The position numbers and the translations under genes are program-made. DNA of 64,000 nt from Leucoraja erinacea (taxonomy: Eukaryota): NCBI RefSeq assembly GCF_028641065.1, contig NC_073397.1:26350001-26414000 (forward strand), written 5' to 3'. Below are positions 51,160 to 63,055 of the stretch, in pieces. The stretch's first letter is position 1, and each line of letters starts with the position of its first letter. Below the pieces are notes generated by a model. The model searched no databases, had not been told where the DNA came from, and saw nothing but the letters and a program-made list of their open reading frames with translations.

Positions 51160-51600
51160 TACATAAAGTGCTGGAGTAACGCCAGGGTCTGGCAGCATCT
51201 CTGGAGAACATAGCGCATGACCTTTCTTCAGACTTATTTCAGAGGGGGGAGAAAGCTGGAAGGCAGGAAAGGAAAAAAAGCCTGGCAAGTGATAGGCGAA
51301 GGATACAGGTAAGGGAGTGTGTAAGAAGGAACTGCAGATGCTGGTTTAAACCGAAGATAAACACAAAGCTGGAGTAACTCAGCGGGACAGGCAGCATCTC
51401 TGGAGGGAAGGAAAGGGTGACGTTTCGGAAGAAGGGTCTCGACCCGAAACATCACCCATTCCTTCTCTCCAGAGATGCTGCCTGTCTCGCTGAGTTACTC
51501 CAGCTTTTTGTGTCAATCTACAGTTGAGGGAGGTTTTGATCGGCAGGTGGTTGGACAATGGCCAGTGATAAAAAGACAAAAAGTAGTGAGATAAGGAGAA
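51160..51600 (-). mobile_element. PLE 3' UTR/pLTR fragment hosting a nested related insert
   Basis: GTGCTGGAGTAAC...GGCAGCATCTCTGGAG...CTTTCTTCAGAC, then purine-rich UTR continuing after 51532. Confidence 0.75.
51318..51518 (-). mobile_element. PLE pLTR fold-back insert
   Basis: TSD TACAGGTAAGGGAG / TACAGTTGAGGGAG (51304-51317 / 51519-51532, 12/14); arms meet at the hammerhead (CGTTTCG|GAAGAAGGG). Confidence 0.85.
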
Positions 51601-53152
51601 ATGAGACCTATATTTTGGTTGAAAATGAATCTTAACAGATGAACTTTGCTTGTTGTTGAACTGTTGGTGTTAATTTGAGGAGTTTTACGTCGAAGAATAA
51701 AAATGTTAGGAAGAACAAAATCCCTTTTGAGAAATGAGGAAATTAGCAGAAGAGCCTAGCATTAGAACAGCATCAGATTATTAATCAACGAGCCTAGAGT
51801 TCAACTCCTCAGTTCTGCCTTTACATTTTTTATAGACCTAGTGTGGGAAAATGGGATTAATGTAGATGTGCAAAAGGGTCAGAGTGGATATAGTGGGACG
51901 AGGGGCTGTTTCTATGCTTTACAACTCCAATAATCTGTGCAGTGCTAATCTATTATTCTTGGGCATAATTCCAAGGCTGTTTGGTTTTCGTGTTCGTTTC
52001 TCCATTGTCCATGTTAGCCTGTCAAATAATTACAATAATAAATAATTTATTGCTGAACCTCAGGTTAATGTACACTTTCATTCTTTTTCTTATACTACCT
52101 ACCCACCAGAATACAATAATGCCCCTTATTTGCTGTAGTGCATTTGACTATAAATGACGTGATAAAATGACATCTGGCATTGTTATGCACATGTCCATCC
52201 AAAAAAATGGGATCCTGCTTCACTTCACTGATTGTATGGAGGCTTTCACATGCCTTCGGTAGATAGCAAATCCCATCTTAAGACTGTGCTTTCATTACTA
52301 GTTAAAGTATAATAGAACACACACTGATTAACAGTGATACTGTATAGATCTTACCCCACTTACAAGAAAGACCTTTGCTCTCTCGTGGGGTGGGCTGAGA
52401 CTCCTCCACTAATCATTGCAGAGCCTCTATAATCAATTCACAAAATAATTATTGCACTCCCAATGCACACGCTGAATTCAACCAGTACATTCTTGCTTAT
52501 TTTGCCTGTCTTAATATACATTAATAACTTCAGAATATGCTTGCACAGCTGGGGTTCCCCTTTTGTACACTCAATTAAACAGCCAGGACTTAAATGACAA
52601 AATATTTTTCATTACATTAGTTACATCTGCAGTAGTTTCACTGCTGAGGCTGTATTTCGTAAGGTGTACTGGTTGCAGATGGTAGTAATATTTTATCTCT
52701 GACTAATGCTTGTGCCTTGTGTAATCGTTTCATTATTCCACTCAGTGGTGTATCACATGATTTCTGCCACTCCCTGGATTTTTGATGCACAAAATTACAG
52801 ATTTGAGAACATCATTTTCTTAAAGCAAAACAAATATCAGCACTATTTGAAATGTGTCGCATGAATTAGAATCAGCAGTCTGACAGGACATGCACTGGAA
52901 TATCAGCAACAACCTTTACTTTCACCGCACATTTTCTTTTAAAAATGTAGCTCCAATATAAAGGGAAGGGAGATGGGGGATTTGTCAACTCTTGAATCTT
53001 GCCTCAGCAGCAAAGTGGCCCAAGCAGCTGATGATTTCCACTAGTGGGTTACCCGTACTGTTTAGAAGAGGCCTGATTCACACTGCAGCCACATTGCCTC
53101 TCTTTAATAAAAATCCTTCACGCGGAATAAGTACAAATGAATACAATCACAC

Positions 53153-53292
53153 GCAGAGGACATCAATCATAAGAACAGCTCAATTTAGTATGAATGACAA
53201 ATTTATAGCAGGTCTCTCAAGTTTAAAAAAAAAACTGAAGGAAGTGCATTGCAAAGTAGCTTAGCCATCATCATGCGGTAAGAGGCATTCTT
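53153..53292 (+). repeat. Left arm of a ~140 bp inverted repeat (partner 56534-56668)
   Basis: Reverse-complement alignment by eye: about 8 substitutions and two small indels. Confidence 0.92.
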
Positions 53293-53309
53293 CAATTCCC
53301 AAGTGATGA

Positions 53310-55110
53310 CAGCTCCATAGGCACTTAATATATCCATGCTGACCATCATGCTCCATTTACCAGCATTCCTTCCACAGCCATCTACGCACAGGTGACGACA
53401 TTGGTGTCCATATATATATACTTAATAAATGTTATGAGTGCACTTGCCCCCACCATCCCTGGAGCAGTAAGTTACATCGACACAAAATGCTGGAGTAACT
53501 AAGCTGCCCGAGCGAAATATGAGGTGCAGCTCCTCCAATTTGTGCTGAGCCTCACACGGACACTGGGGGAGACCCAGGACAGGAAGGTCAGTGTGGGAAT
53601 GGGATGGGGAGTTAAAGTGTTGAGCAACTGGGAGATCAGGTAGGTTTAGGCGGACTGAGTGGAGGTGTTCAGCGAAACGATCGCCAAACCTGTGCTTGGT
53701 CTCACCGAGCGTAGTGAGAGCCTCATCTATAATGGAAGAGGTGAACCTTCATTCCCTAAAGAATGAGGACACCTCCAATGACCTGGTATGGAACACCTTA
53801 CCTTGGGCACAGAAGCGTCGTAGACAGAGGAATTGGTAGGAATTGGTAGAGTCTTTACAGGAAGCAGGGTGGGAAGAAGTGTAGTCTAGAGAGCTATGGG
53901 AGTCAGTGGGTTTATAATAGATGTCAGTCAATAGTCCGTCTCCTGTGATGGAGACGGTGAGATCTAGAAATCGTCTTGAGATGTCGGAGATAGTCCAAAT
54001 AAATTTGAGTTCAGGATGGAAATTAGTCGTGAAGTTAATGAAGTCAGTGAGATTCTGCATGGGTGCAGTAGGTAGCACAGATGCGTCACTTCCCACCCAA
54101 ACCACCCCCTCCCCAGGTACTTTCCCCTGCAACCGCAGGAGATGTAACACCTGTCCCTATAACTCCCCCCTCGGCTCCATCCAAGGACCCTGACAGTCTT
54201 TTCAAGTGAGGCAGAGGTTGACTTGCACCTCTTCCAACCTCATCTACTGTATCCGCCGTTCCAGTATATATTGTGGACTCCTGTATATTGGCGAGACTAA
54301 GCGCAGGCTCGGCGATCGCTTCGCTGACCACCTCCGCTCAGCCCGCCTAAACGTATCTGATCTCCCGGTTGCTAAACACTTTAACCTCCTCCCATTCCCA
54401 CACTGACCTTTCTGTCCGGGTCCTCCGTTGTCAGAGTGAGGCCTAGCGCAAATTGGAGGAACAGCAGCACATATTTTGCTTGGATAGAGAACATTAGAGA
54501 ACATTCACTTCTCTAGCTTCAAGTAGCCCTTGCTTTCCCTCTCGCTCCATCCACTCCCCCTTCCCAGTTCTCGGACCACTCTTACTGTCTCTGACTACAT
54601 TTTATCTCTGTACCGCCCACTCCCCTGACATCAGCCTCTCGACACGAAACGTCACTCATTCCTTCTTTCCAAAGATGCTGCCTGGCCCACTGTGTTACTC
54701 CAGTATTTTGTGTCTATCTTCGATTTAAACCAGCATGTACAGTTCGTTCCTACGCAGCGAGTTACATTTTCCATCCACCCTCTGGAGGAAAATGTTCTTC
54801 TTCAAATCCACGCTTAAAATATTTTACCCTTATCTTAAACCAATGTCAACTACTTTGAGGTACTATTGCCACAGGGAATGGTTTCCTGCCATCTCCCCTA
54901 TCTATGCCTTTCATCATTTCAATGACCTCCATCGGATTCACCATCTTAGCCACCTTATCCTTGTCTTAAAATAATGTCAACTACTTTTAGGTACCATGGG
55001 CACAAGAAAAAGTTTCATAGATACATATGTAACCTCCTTTGGATTAACCCCTTCAGCCACCTTTGCTCCAAGGAAAACAAAGCAACCCAGTCTGTGCACC
55101 TATCCTCCAT
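53310..55110 (-). mobile_element. Decayed CR1 3' fragment split by the Penelope insertion
   Basis: CR1-like sequence at 53310-53477 continues at 54768 (CCACCCTCTGGAGGAAAATGTTCTTC...CTATCTATGCCTTTCATCATTTC). Confidence 0.65.
53478..54753 (+). mobile_element. Penelope-like element (Neptune type): inverted 5' segment plus direct GIY-YIG/pLTR segment
   Basis: Minus 54085-53749 encodes the RT C-terminus (NFHPELKF..FLDL..YYKPTDSH..DYTSSHP). Plus 54086-54525 encodes FPCNRRRCNTCPY and NLIYCI..CGLLYIGETKRRLGDRFADHL (GIY-YIG). TSD GCAGTAAGTTACAT / GCAGCGAGTTACAT (53464-53477 / 54754-54767). Confidence 0.93.
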
Positions 55111-55584
55111 GTGTCCGTGAAATTGTGGCGGTACCTGTTCTCTTGTACCGACACGTTCCATGAGCATCTTGTCCAGAAGGGCAATCAGCAGCCACATGGG
55201 CACGTTTTCATTGGAATATGGGAAGACTGAGAACTTTGCATTTGCAGTCGATAAAATTCAATGACCCAGCAATCAGGTGGAGAAGTTGCATATTTCTTAG
55301 CATGTCCTTCAAAGCATTCATTAATTATCTTTTCAAAATGTCTTTGACCGTCAGCATCTGGGTATGAAAATGATGTTAAAAATTGGCAAGCATAATTAGG
55401 TATTGTGTATCACAGTGGTGGCAGCAGTAAACAAATTAAGAAAAACCAGTGAAAGACCACTCATTATTAAGTACAATATGACACTGCACCAATATGTTTA
55501 TTAGCAAAGGAATATCACTATTCTGGTAGCTCAGTACACAGTGAGTAATGAGCAGTTCTACATAGGAGAATGTATGCTCTACAA

Positions 55585-55819
55585 CAGGGGTTCCCAACCT
55601 TTTTTGTCCCGTTTACCCCTGGCTATTTTATCAGCACATGACAATGTTATTTCACTTATTTATGAACAACTAATGATGAACAGATACCGGTATACCAGAA
55701 CCAAACGCAGTCAGGCAATGAGAAAAAAATATTTACAAATCTCGAATCAACAAATTTACTCCCTGGTCAGGTGAAATTTACCCCCCGGGGGTAAATTTAT
55801 CCCAGGTTGGGAACCCTTG
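55585..55819. mobile_element. hAT (Charlie-like) MITE, 235 bp
   Basis: TIRs CAGGGGTTCCCAACCT / AGGTTGGGAACCCTTG; 8 bp TSD CTCTACAA / CTCGACAA; internal palindrome 55774-55798. Confidence 0.92.
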
Positions 55820-55859
55820 CTCGACAACAATTGTGGTAATTTTCGATTACTATATATTG

Positions 55860-56500
55860 AAATGTCAGACCATGACCATTTCCAATTAGTTAGAGTCTAA
55901 CTACTGATGCTTGCCGTTCAATGCCACAACCATCACCAAGCTTGCCCATTATGAACATCCTGTACAATGGTGACTGGGGGCACCGCATAAATACCGTGAC
56001 TACAAGAGAAGATCAGAGGCTGGATATCCTGTGGTGATTCACCTCCTGACAGCCTAAAGCCTTTTCACCATTCACAGGGCACGATACTCTCCTCTTGCCT
56101 GAATCAGTGCAACATCACCATATTTGACACTCGTTCAGAACTCTGAGCATTAATCTCCTCCAACACTGACACACAGTGGCTGCAGTATGTACCATCTGCA
56201 AAATGCACTATGGTTACTTGCCAAGGATACATTGACAACTTCTACCAAACCTGCATCTTCTGCCACCGACTAACAAGAGCAGCAGGCACCTGGGACCATC
56301 TGCAGTTTTTCCTCAAAGTCCCTCATTGTCCTGATTTGGACATATTATCATTCATTCATCTTCCCGGGATCTAAATCCTGGAACTCCCTCTCCAACAATG
56401 TTCTGGGAATACCTTTACTAGAAGAATTACAGTGATTCAAGAAGGGGCCTCACCTTCATCTACCTTCTCAAGACCAGTTGGAGATGAGTAGTTACAGTGG
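55860..56500 (+). mobile_element. Old CR1-group LINE 3' portion
   Basis: HINTVTTREDQRLDIL, VAAVCTICKMHYG, KSWNSLSN, FKKGPH-like remnants and a 3' tail. Confidence 0.7.
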
Positions 56501-56533
56501 CTGGACATGCTAGCATTGATGTGCTAATACCAT

Positions 56534-56668
56534 AAGAATGCCTCTTACTGCATGATGATGGCTAAGCTACTTTGCAATGCACTTTAGTTTTTTTTTAAAG
56601 TTGAGAGACCTGCTATAAATGTGTCATTCATGTCAAATTGAGCAGTTCTTATGATTGATGTCCTCTGC
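56534..56668 (-). repeat. Right arm of a ~140 bp inverted repeat (partner 53153-53292)
   Basis: Reverse complement of 53153-53292. Confidence 0.92.
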
Positions 56669-56801
56669 ATATACTTTGTTTAAAACAAATCTATGAACTC
56701 TCACCACCTTTCATTAAAAAAACGTAAAACCCATCAAGCTCCCAGCCTCTTACAAATAATTTGATTTATTGTATCCATTTTAAGATCAGTGTAATATAAA
56801 A

Positions 56802-57125
56802 TATAGATGCAAAATGCTGGAGTAACGCAGCGGGACAGGGAGTATCTCTGGATCAGGAATGGGTGAAGTTTCGGGTCAAGACCCTTCTTTAGACTGATAG
56901 TCAGGGGAAGGGGAGACACAGAGATAAGGAAGGGTAAGGTGTGAAAACAAGACATCAAAAGAAATGCCGCTTAAAGAAAATGTAGAATATATCATTGTTA
57001 GTTAGGAGAAGGTGATAACAAAGCAAACAGAGATAAAATGAAACGGGGGACAGTCAGACTGCGAAGGGTGAGGGATGGAGAGAGAGGGAAAGCAAAGGTT
57101 ATTTACAATTTGAGTAGTCAATATA
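56802..57125 (-). mobile_element. PLE 3' UTR/pLTR fragment, target of the Tc1 insertion
   Basis: AAAATGCTGGAGTAAC...GTTTCGGGTCAAGACCCTTCTTTAGACTGA, then purine-rich UTR matching 54500-54635 in reverse. Confidence 0.82.
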
Positions 57126-58244
57126 CAGTGCCCTCCATAATGTATGGGACAAAGACCCATCATTTATTTATTTGCCTCTGTACATCATAATTTGAGATTT
57201 GTAATAGAAAAAATCACGTGGTTAAAGTGCACATTGTCAGATTTTATTAAAGGCCATTTTTATACATTTTGTTTTCGCCATGTAGAAATTACAGCTGTGT
57301 TTGTACATAGTGCCGCCATTTAAGGGGACCATAATGTTTGGAACACATGGCTTCACAGGCGTTTGCCATTGTTCAGGTGTGTTTAATTGCCTCCTTAATG
57401 CAGATATAAGAGAGCTCTCAGCACCTAGTCTTTCCTCCAGTCATTCCATCACCTTTGGAAACTTTTATTGCTGTTGATTAACATGAGGACCAAAGTTGTG
57501 CCAATGAAAGTCAAAGAAGCAGTTATGAGACTGAGAAACAAGAATAAAACTGTTCGACACATCAGCCAAACCTTAGGCTTACCAAAATCAACTGTTTGGA
57601 ACATCATTAAGAAGACAGAGAGCACTGGTGAGTTTACTAATCACAAAGCGACTGGCAGGCCAAGGAAGACCACCACAGCTGATGACAAAAGAATTCTCTC
57701 TGTAATAAAAAAAAATCCCCAAACACCTGTCCAACAGATCAGAAACAGTCTTCAGGAGTCAGGTGTGGATTTGTCAATGACCACTGTCCGCAGAAGACTT
57801 CATGAACAGAAATACAGAGGCCACACTGCAAGATGCAAACCACTGGTTAGCTGCAAAAATAGGATGGCCAGGTTACAGTTTGCCAAGAAGTAGTTAAAAG
57901 AGCAACCACAGTTCTTGAAAAAGGTCGTGTGGACAGATGAGATGAAAATTAACTTATATATGAGAGTGATGGCAAGAACAAAGTATGGAGGAGAGAAGGA
58001 ACTGCCCAAGATCCAAAGCATACCACCTCATCTGTGAAACACGGTGGTGGGGGTGTTATGGCCTGGGCATGTATGGCCCTTGAAGGTGCTGGCTGACTTA
58101 TCTTCAATGATGATACAACTGCTGATGGTAGTAGCATAATGAATTCTGAAGGGTATAGACATATCCTATCTGCTCAAGCTCAAACAAATGCCTCGAAACT
58201 CATTTGCTGGTGGTTCATTCTACAGCAAGACAATGATCACAAAC

Positions 58245-58374
58245 CCTTCTGAAGAAGGGTTTCGGCCCGAAACGTTGCCTATTTCCTTCGCTCCATAGAT
58301 GCTGCTGCACCCGCTGAGTTTCTCCAGCTTTTTTGTGCACCTTCGATTTTCCAGCATCTGGAGTTCCTTCTTGA
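58245..58374 (+). mobile_element. Short PLE pLTR-derived insert with hammerhead motif, inside Tc1
   Basis: Perfect 15 bp TSD ACAATGATCACAAAC (58230-58244 / 58375-58389). Confidence 0.9.
58249..58276 (+). ncRNA. Minimal hammerhead-ribozyme-like motif
   Basis: CTGAAGA-A-GGGT-TTCG-GCCC-GAAAC-GTT; helix II capped by UUCG; 5' strand of helix I missing. Confidence 0.55.
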
Positions 58375-60995
58375 ACAATGATCACAAACATGCTGCTAAT
58401 GCAACAAAGGAGATTTTCAAAACAATCATAAGCTAAAGATGGCTGAAAGACAGGACTGGTTTAGCATCACCAAAGAAGCCACACAGCATCTGGTGATGTC
58501 CATGAATCACAAACTTCAAGCAGTCATTGCATCAAAATATATAACAAAATTCTAAACATGGCAACTTTCATTTACATGACATTGCTGTGTCCCAAACATT
58601 ATGGTGCCTTGAAATGGGGGGACTATGTGTAAACACTGCTTCTACATGGTGAAACCAAAATGCATAAAAATGGCCTTTATTAAAATCTGACAATGTGCAC
58701 TTTAACCACATGTGATGTTTTTTTTAAATTAAAATCTCAAATTTTGGAATACAAAGGCTAATAAATAAATGATGGGTCTTTGTCCTAAACATTATGCAGG
58801 GCACTGTACATATCACTGTAATATAATGTTAGTTGTTTGGTGTGGACTCAGTTTCTCAAAAGATCTGTTTCCATGCAGAATCTCTCTCTGTGACTCTACA
58901 ACACTAAAACTCTTTATGCTTGTTCGATCTTTTGCCGTCAGGTGGCCTTCACAGGTGGAAAAAATCCTGTTGTTAAATAGAATATACTTGTGGAAAAACG
59001 TGAACATGAAATGTCCAAGCAAATAGCATTTAAAGTAATTTCTTTCAAAACAATTGAATGGTCAGCTTAATTATTCATTGTACCCAACGGCCATTTTCTT
59101 TCCAGATTACATTTGTGTATGCATTATAAAATTGAATATAATCATAGGCACAAATAACCAATATGGAATGGCATTTCCTTGATGTGAATATATATTTTTA
59201 ACTATAAGATATTAATTATCATTGTCTTTCCAAAACACAACAAAATTAGAATAAGGCTGCCTCTAAATAAAATATTTTGAGAGTAGTAGAGTAGATGACA
59301 TTGGAGAGCAACGTGTGTAGTTTCAGGGTTCTGTGCTTGTTTGACACATTAAGAACGTGTGTAAATGTGGCTGACTGAGTTTCAATGTCATTTTGAAAGT
59401 TACACATCACAACTGTGCATGTAACATCAAATTGCACTTAATGCGTACCATGAGTTTGATCAAACATTATTTGGCTCCTGATTCTTACCCCTTTGGGTTT
59501 GTTTATCTGTACTTTTGTTCTTGTGGATATTACTCTTTTGTGTGCATGAATCTTGCTGTGTTACAAAAGGAATGAATTGTGATGATTCATATGCATGACT
59601 GTGCCCTAAACTAAACTAAACTACTCATTTAATATTGTCCAAAGCATACAGAAAAATGTTTGTTTATGAGCGAAACAGTGATCTTGCTTCCCGGAGTTTT
59701 AATGCCTCATTTGCATGAACATATAAAATAATGTTCCATATTTTACTTACACACTTAACCCCTTCACACAAAATATCTCAAATTTCAAAAACTAAATATT
59801 ACTTCTGCTTCTGCCTTCTGATTTTGTTTGAAGACCAAAGTGTTGTGCTGCCTTGCTGGAATTATCTGCATAAATTCCACCAAGAGCTTGGGCAAAATAG
59901 AAAACTTAGCATTGTTTGAAGGGAATGTTTGAAGATAGATTCCTACTAACTGAGTTTTGAGAGCTTCCCCATAACCTTTGGGTTCAGAAGGTAAAGTGCG
60001 CCGCAAGAATTGCTTTATGAATAATCGCAATGAAACAAAGAAATGGCAGCCATAGATCAGAACCATGATGATGGACAAAATGGCAGTAACAATAAAGAAT
60101 TGCTGATCTAATCTGAAGCTTTCCTCTTTACTGTAATTCTCTTCCAGCTGCACTTCCTGTTCAGCATTACATTCTAATGTCATAATCAGGATAATTGGTT
60201 GAGTTCTGAGACCAGTGGAGCTGAATTAACATGCACAATTAAAGCTGAAACACCTCTGGGGTGAATGTCTTTATTTCAACTGCTAATTCAACTCCTGACG
60301 TCGTCGGCCTTTGTGGCTCCTTAAAATCAACTGTTTCAGCAATGTCAGAAACCATTCAGCAAAACATACTTGGAGCTCTCAATAAAGAGCACAACTAAAA
60401 GAGAAAATGCAAATTATTCCAGGTAAGTATTCATTTGACTTTGCTGCTATTCATGACAATTTATAGATTAAAAACATTTAAGTCTGAAATATCCTTACTT
60501 CGGTATCCAAAGAAAGGTCCTAATCTTGGAAATAGTAATAGTTCTTGTGGTAAAGGTTTCATTGAAGTCTAAGAAATGTGCCATTCATATGTTGGCCTTC
60601 ATCCCAGAGAAGTTACAGGAAATATTTATTTACTAATTTCCGTGTGATGGAGGAGCATATGAATATTATACACCCACTTGAAACACAGAGCCATGGTCAC
60701 ATCTGTACCACATTATCGCCGCACCCTGTAACTAGTTCAGGGAGTCTCACAGCTAGGTGACCTCATGACTACCAGACTGAATGGTATTTTCAAGGAGAAA
60801 AAAACACATTTATTTCTTAAGCAGTAATGCCTATAAAGTCCATACCTGTTGTGCCTGGAATTGGATCCCTTTGCAACCATAGCCTCAGTATTAATGAACT
60901 TTGCTAATTACAAGAGACAGTTTTTCTTTAATTCTCCAATATTTGTCATCAAGGTTACATCAATGTAATGATCACTGCAATGGTTTGAATGTGGT

Positions 60996-61625
60996 AAGAA
61001 AGCAAATGGCATGTTGGCCTTTATAACAAGAGGAGTTGAGTATAGGAGCAAAGAGGTCCTACACCAGTTGCATAGGGCCCTAGTGAGACCACACCTGGAG
61101 TATTGTGTGCAGTTTTTGTCCCCTAATTTGAGGAAGGACATTCTTGCTATTGAGGGAGTGCAGCGTAGGTTTACAAGGTTAATTCCCGGGATGGCGGGAC
61201 TGTTTTATGCTGAGCAAATGGAACGGCTGGGCTTGTACACTCTGCAGTTTAGAAGGATGAGAGGGCATCTTATTGAAACATATAAGATAATTAAGGGTTT
61301 GGACATGCTAGAGGCAGGAAACATGTTCCCGATGATGGGGGAGTCCAGAATCAGGGGCCACAGTTTAAGAATAAGGGGTAAGCGATTTAGAACAGAGACG
61401 AGGAACCACTTTTTCTCACAGAGAGTTGTGTCATTTTCTGCCTCAGAGGTGGAGGCTGGTTCTCTGGATATTTTCAAGAGAGAGCTAGATAGGGCTCTTA
61501 AAGATAGCAGAGTCAGGGGATATGAGGAGAAGGCAGGAACGGGGTACTGATTGGATGATCAGCCATAATCACATTGAAGGGCCGAATGGCCTACTCCTGC
61601 ACCTATTATCTATTGTTTATTGTCT
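60996..61625 (+). mobile_element. CR1 LINE 3' portion, fairly young
   Basis: ORF 61011-61550 MLAFITRGVEYRSKEV...LVRPHLEYCVQF...VQRRFTRLIPG...FKRELDRAL; (TATTGTC)n-like tail. Confidence 0.95.
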
Positions 61626-61952
61626 AAAAGGTTAATTGGAATGCCTGTAATAAACCCTTGACTGACATTTTGATGGCTCTTGTTATTTGTCATTGCTCAT
61701 CTTCCCAGCCACTCTCCCCAAAACCGCACCAATATGAAGCCATCTTTGCAAAGAAGAAAGTCTCAATGGACTTTTTCCTGAAAGTTGAACTCACACTCTG
61801 AATATTTGAGTAGAGAGGTTAAAGTCTAAGCCAGGATATCATGTCATAGACTGAAATCTAACTTGTGCCATTAGATATGCAATCAGTTCCTGCATAAATA
61901 AATTGTAAAATGTATTATATCTCCAGAGATGCTGCCTGACCCACTGAGTTAA

Positions 61953-62616
61953 ACCCCTGTCCCACTTACGTGTCCTTGGCATGCTAATTATGCAACCTCC
62001 TGGTCGCGTTGAGGTGCGATGGTCCCGCGAAGGTCGAGCGCGAATTCATGCGCCCGCACAGCCGTCTGGATCGCGTGACGTCATTTGAAGATGGACACAA
62101 AATGAAGGAGTAGCTTAGCGGGACCGGCAGCATCTCTGGAGACAAGGAATGGATGATGTTCCGGGTCGAGACTCTTTTTCAGTCTGAAAGAAGGGTCTTG
62201 ACCCGAAACGTCACCCATTGCTTCTCTCCAGAAATGCTGCCGGTTCCGCTGAGTTACTCCTGCATTTTGTGTCTATCTTCAATTTTCTTGGCCCCGCTCT
62301 GGGACTAGAAGTGAGGGCAGATTCGGACCGCAACGGCCAGGAGCCCCAGGCCGATTTCGCCAATCGTTTGCCTGCTTCTGCTGCTGTTGGGGGTGAGACG
62401 TCCCTGTCCCACTTTGGCCGTCAGTTACGCGACAGGCCGTTGGCGTGCGAAGATTTTGTTCGGTACAAAATTTTCGGAGCCCCGCGCGATGTCGCGTACA
62501 ACTACATACCCCTACGCGCTTCTCAGTGGGACCGACCTCACACGGCCATACGATGCCAACGCGTCTCAACACGACGACGAGGTCGCATAATCTGCGTGCC
62601 AAAGTGGCATAGGCCC
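61953..62616. mobile_element. MITE of the CCTGTCCCACTT-TIR group carrying a PLE fold-back
   Basis: Left end is the reverse complement of 5100-5168; right part 62430-62616 matches 4976-5168 directly. Confidence 0.85.
62085..62282. mobile_element. PLE pLTR fold-back (palindrome) inside the MITE
   Basis: About 97 bp inverted arms meeting at TTC-AG-TCTGAAAGAAGGG; no TSD seen. Confidence 0.88.
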
Positions 62617-63023
62617 TATACGATTGTACTCTCTTAGCCCTGCACACCTGGACATGCATTGAGTGCCAGAAAGGGATATGAGTAGCACTATTTAAGGCAA
62701 TCATTGTTTGCTGTTAAAGCGGTTGCTATTTCATTTCTGCATGGGTTTTCTTCCATTTCAACAATTTTCTGGATCTCCTCAACGTTCTTTAACTCAAGGG
62801 ATTGTTATGTCAGGTGGTGGAGCAATTTGTTCAGTGTCAAGGCTCCTGCACAAATTATTTTTTCACAGGCGCTTAATGGATTACCCTCAGAACACAGTAC
62901 GACTGGAAGAATGAGCACAAGGCATGCAGTGTGGGACGCCCTATAGGGGCAAAGCAGGGGTGGAGCTAAGGTATCGCATCGGAAGGCCATAGCTGTTTAG
63001 GATTTAATTTTCCTACATGATGC

Positions 63024-63055
63024 AGAGAGAGAGAGAGAGAGAGGGAAGAGAGAGA
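63024..63055. repeat. (GA)n microsatellite
   Basis: Direct reading of the sequence. Confidence 0.9.

Larger units (their letters stand above)
57126..58806 (+). mobile_element. Tc1 (IR/DR-type) transposon with both TIRs; transposase pseudogene
   Basis: TA|CAGTGCCCTCCATAATG ... CATTATGCAGGGCACTG|TA; ~220 bp TIRs with internal direct repeats. ATG 57483, stop 57891, then VWTDE, VKHGGG, FILQQDND; the region with the catalytic E is deleted. Confidence 0.95.

Noticed and set aside
54828-55016. About 55 bp diverged direct duplication
   Set aside because: Internal rearrangement of a decayed CR1; nothing suggests function.
59785-60183. 132 aa minus-strand ORF with a hydrophobic stretch
   Set aside because: No recognisable domain and no supporting promoter or splice context; hydrophobic runs arise easily from T-rich codons. 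Not called without homology evidence.
62218-62704. 139 aa and 141 aa ORFs
   Set aside because: Span MITE and PLE palindrome sequence; no protein family recognised.
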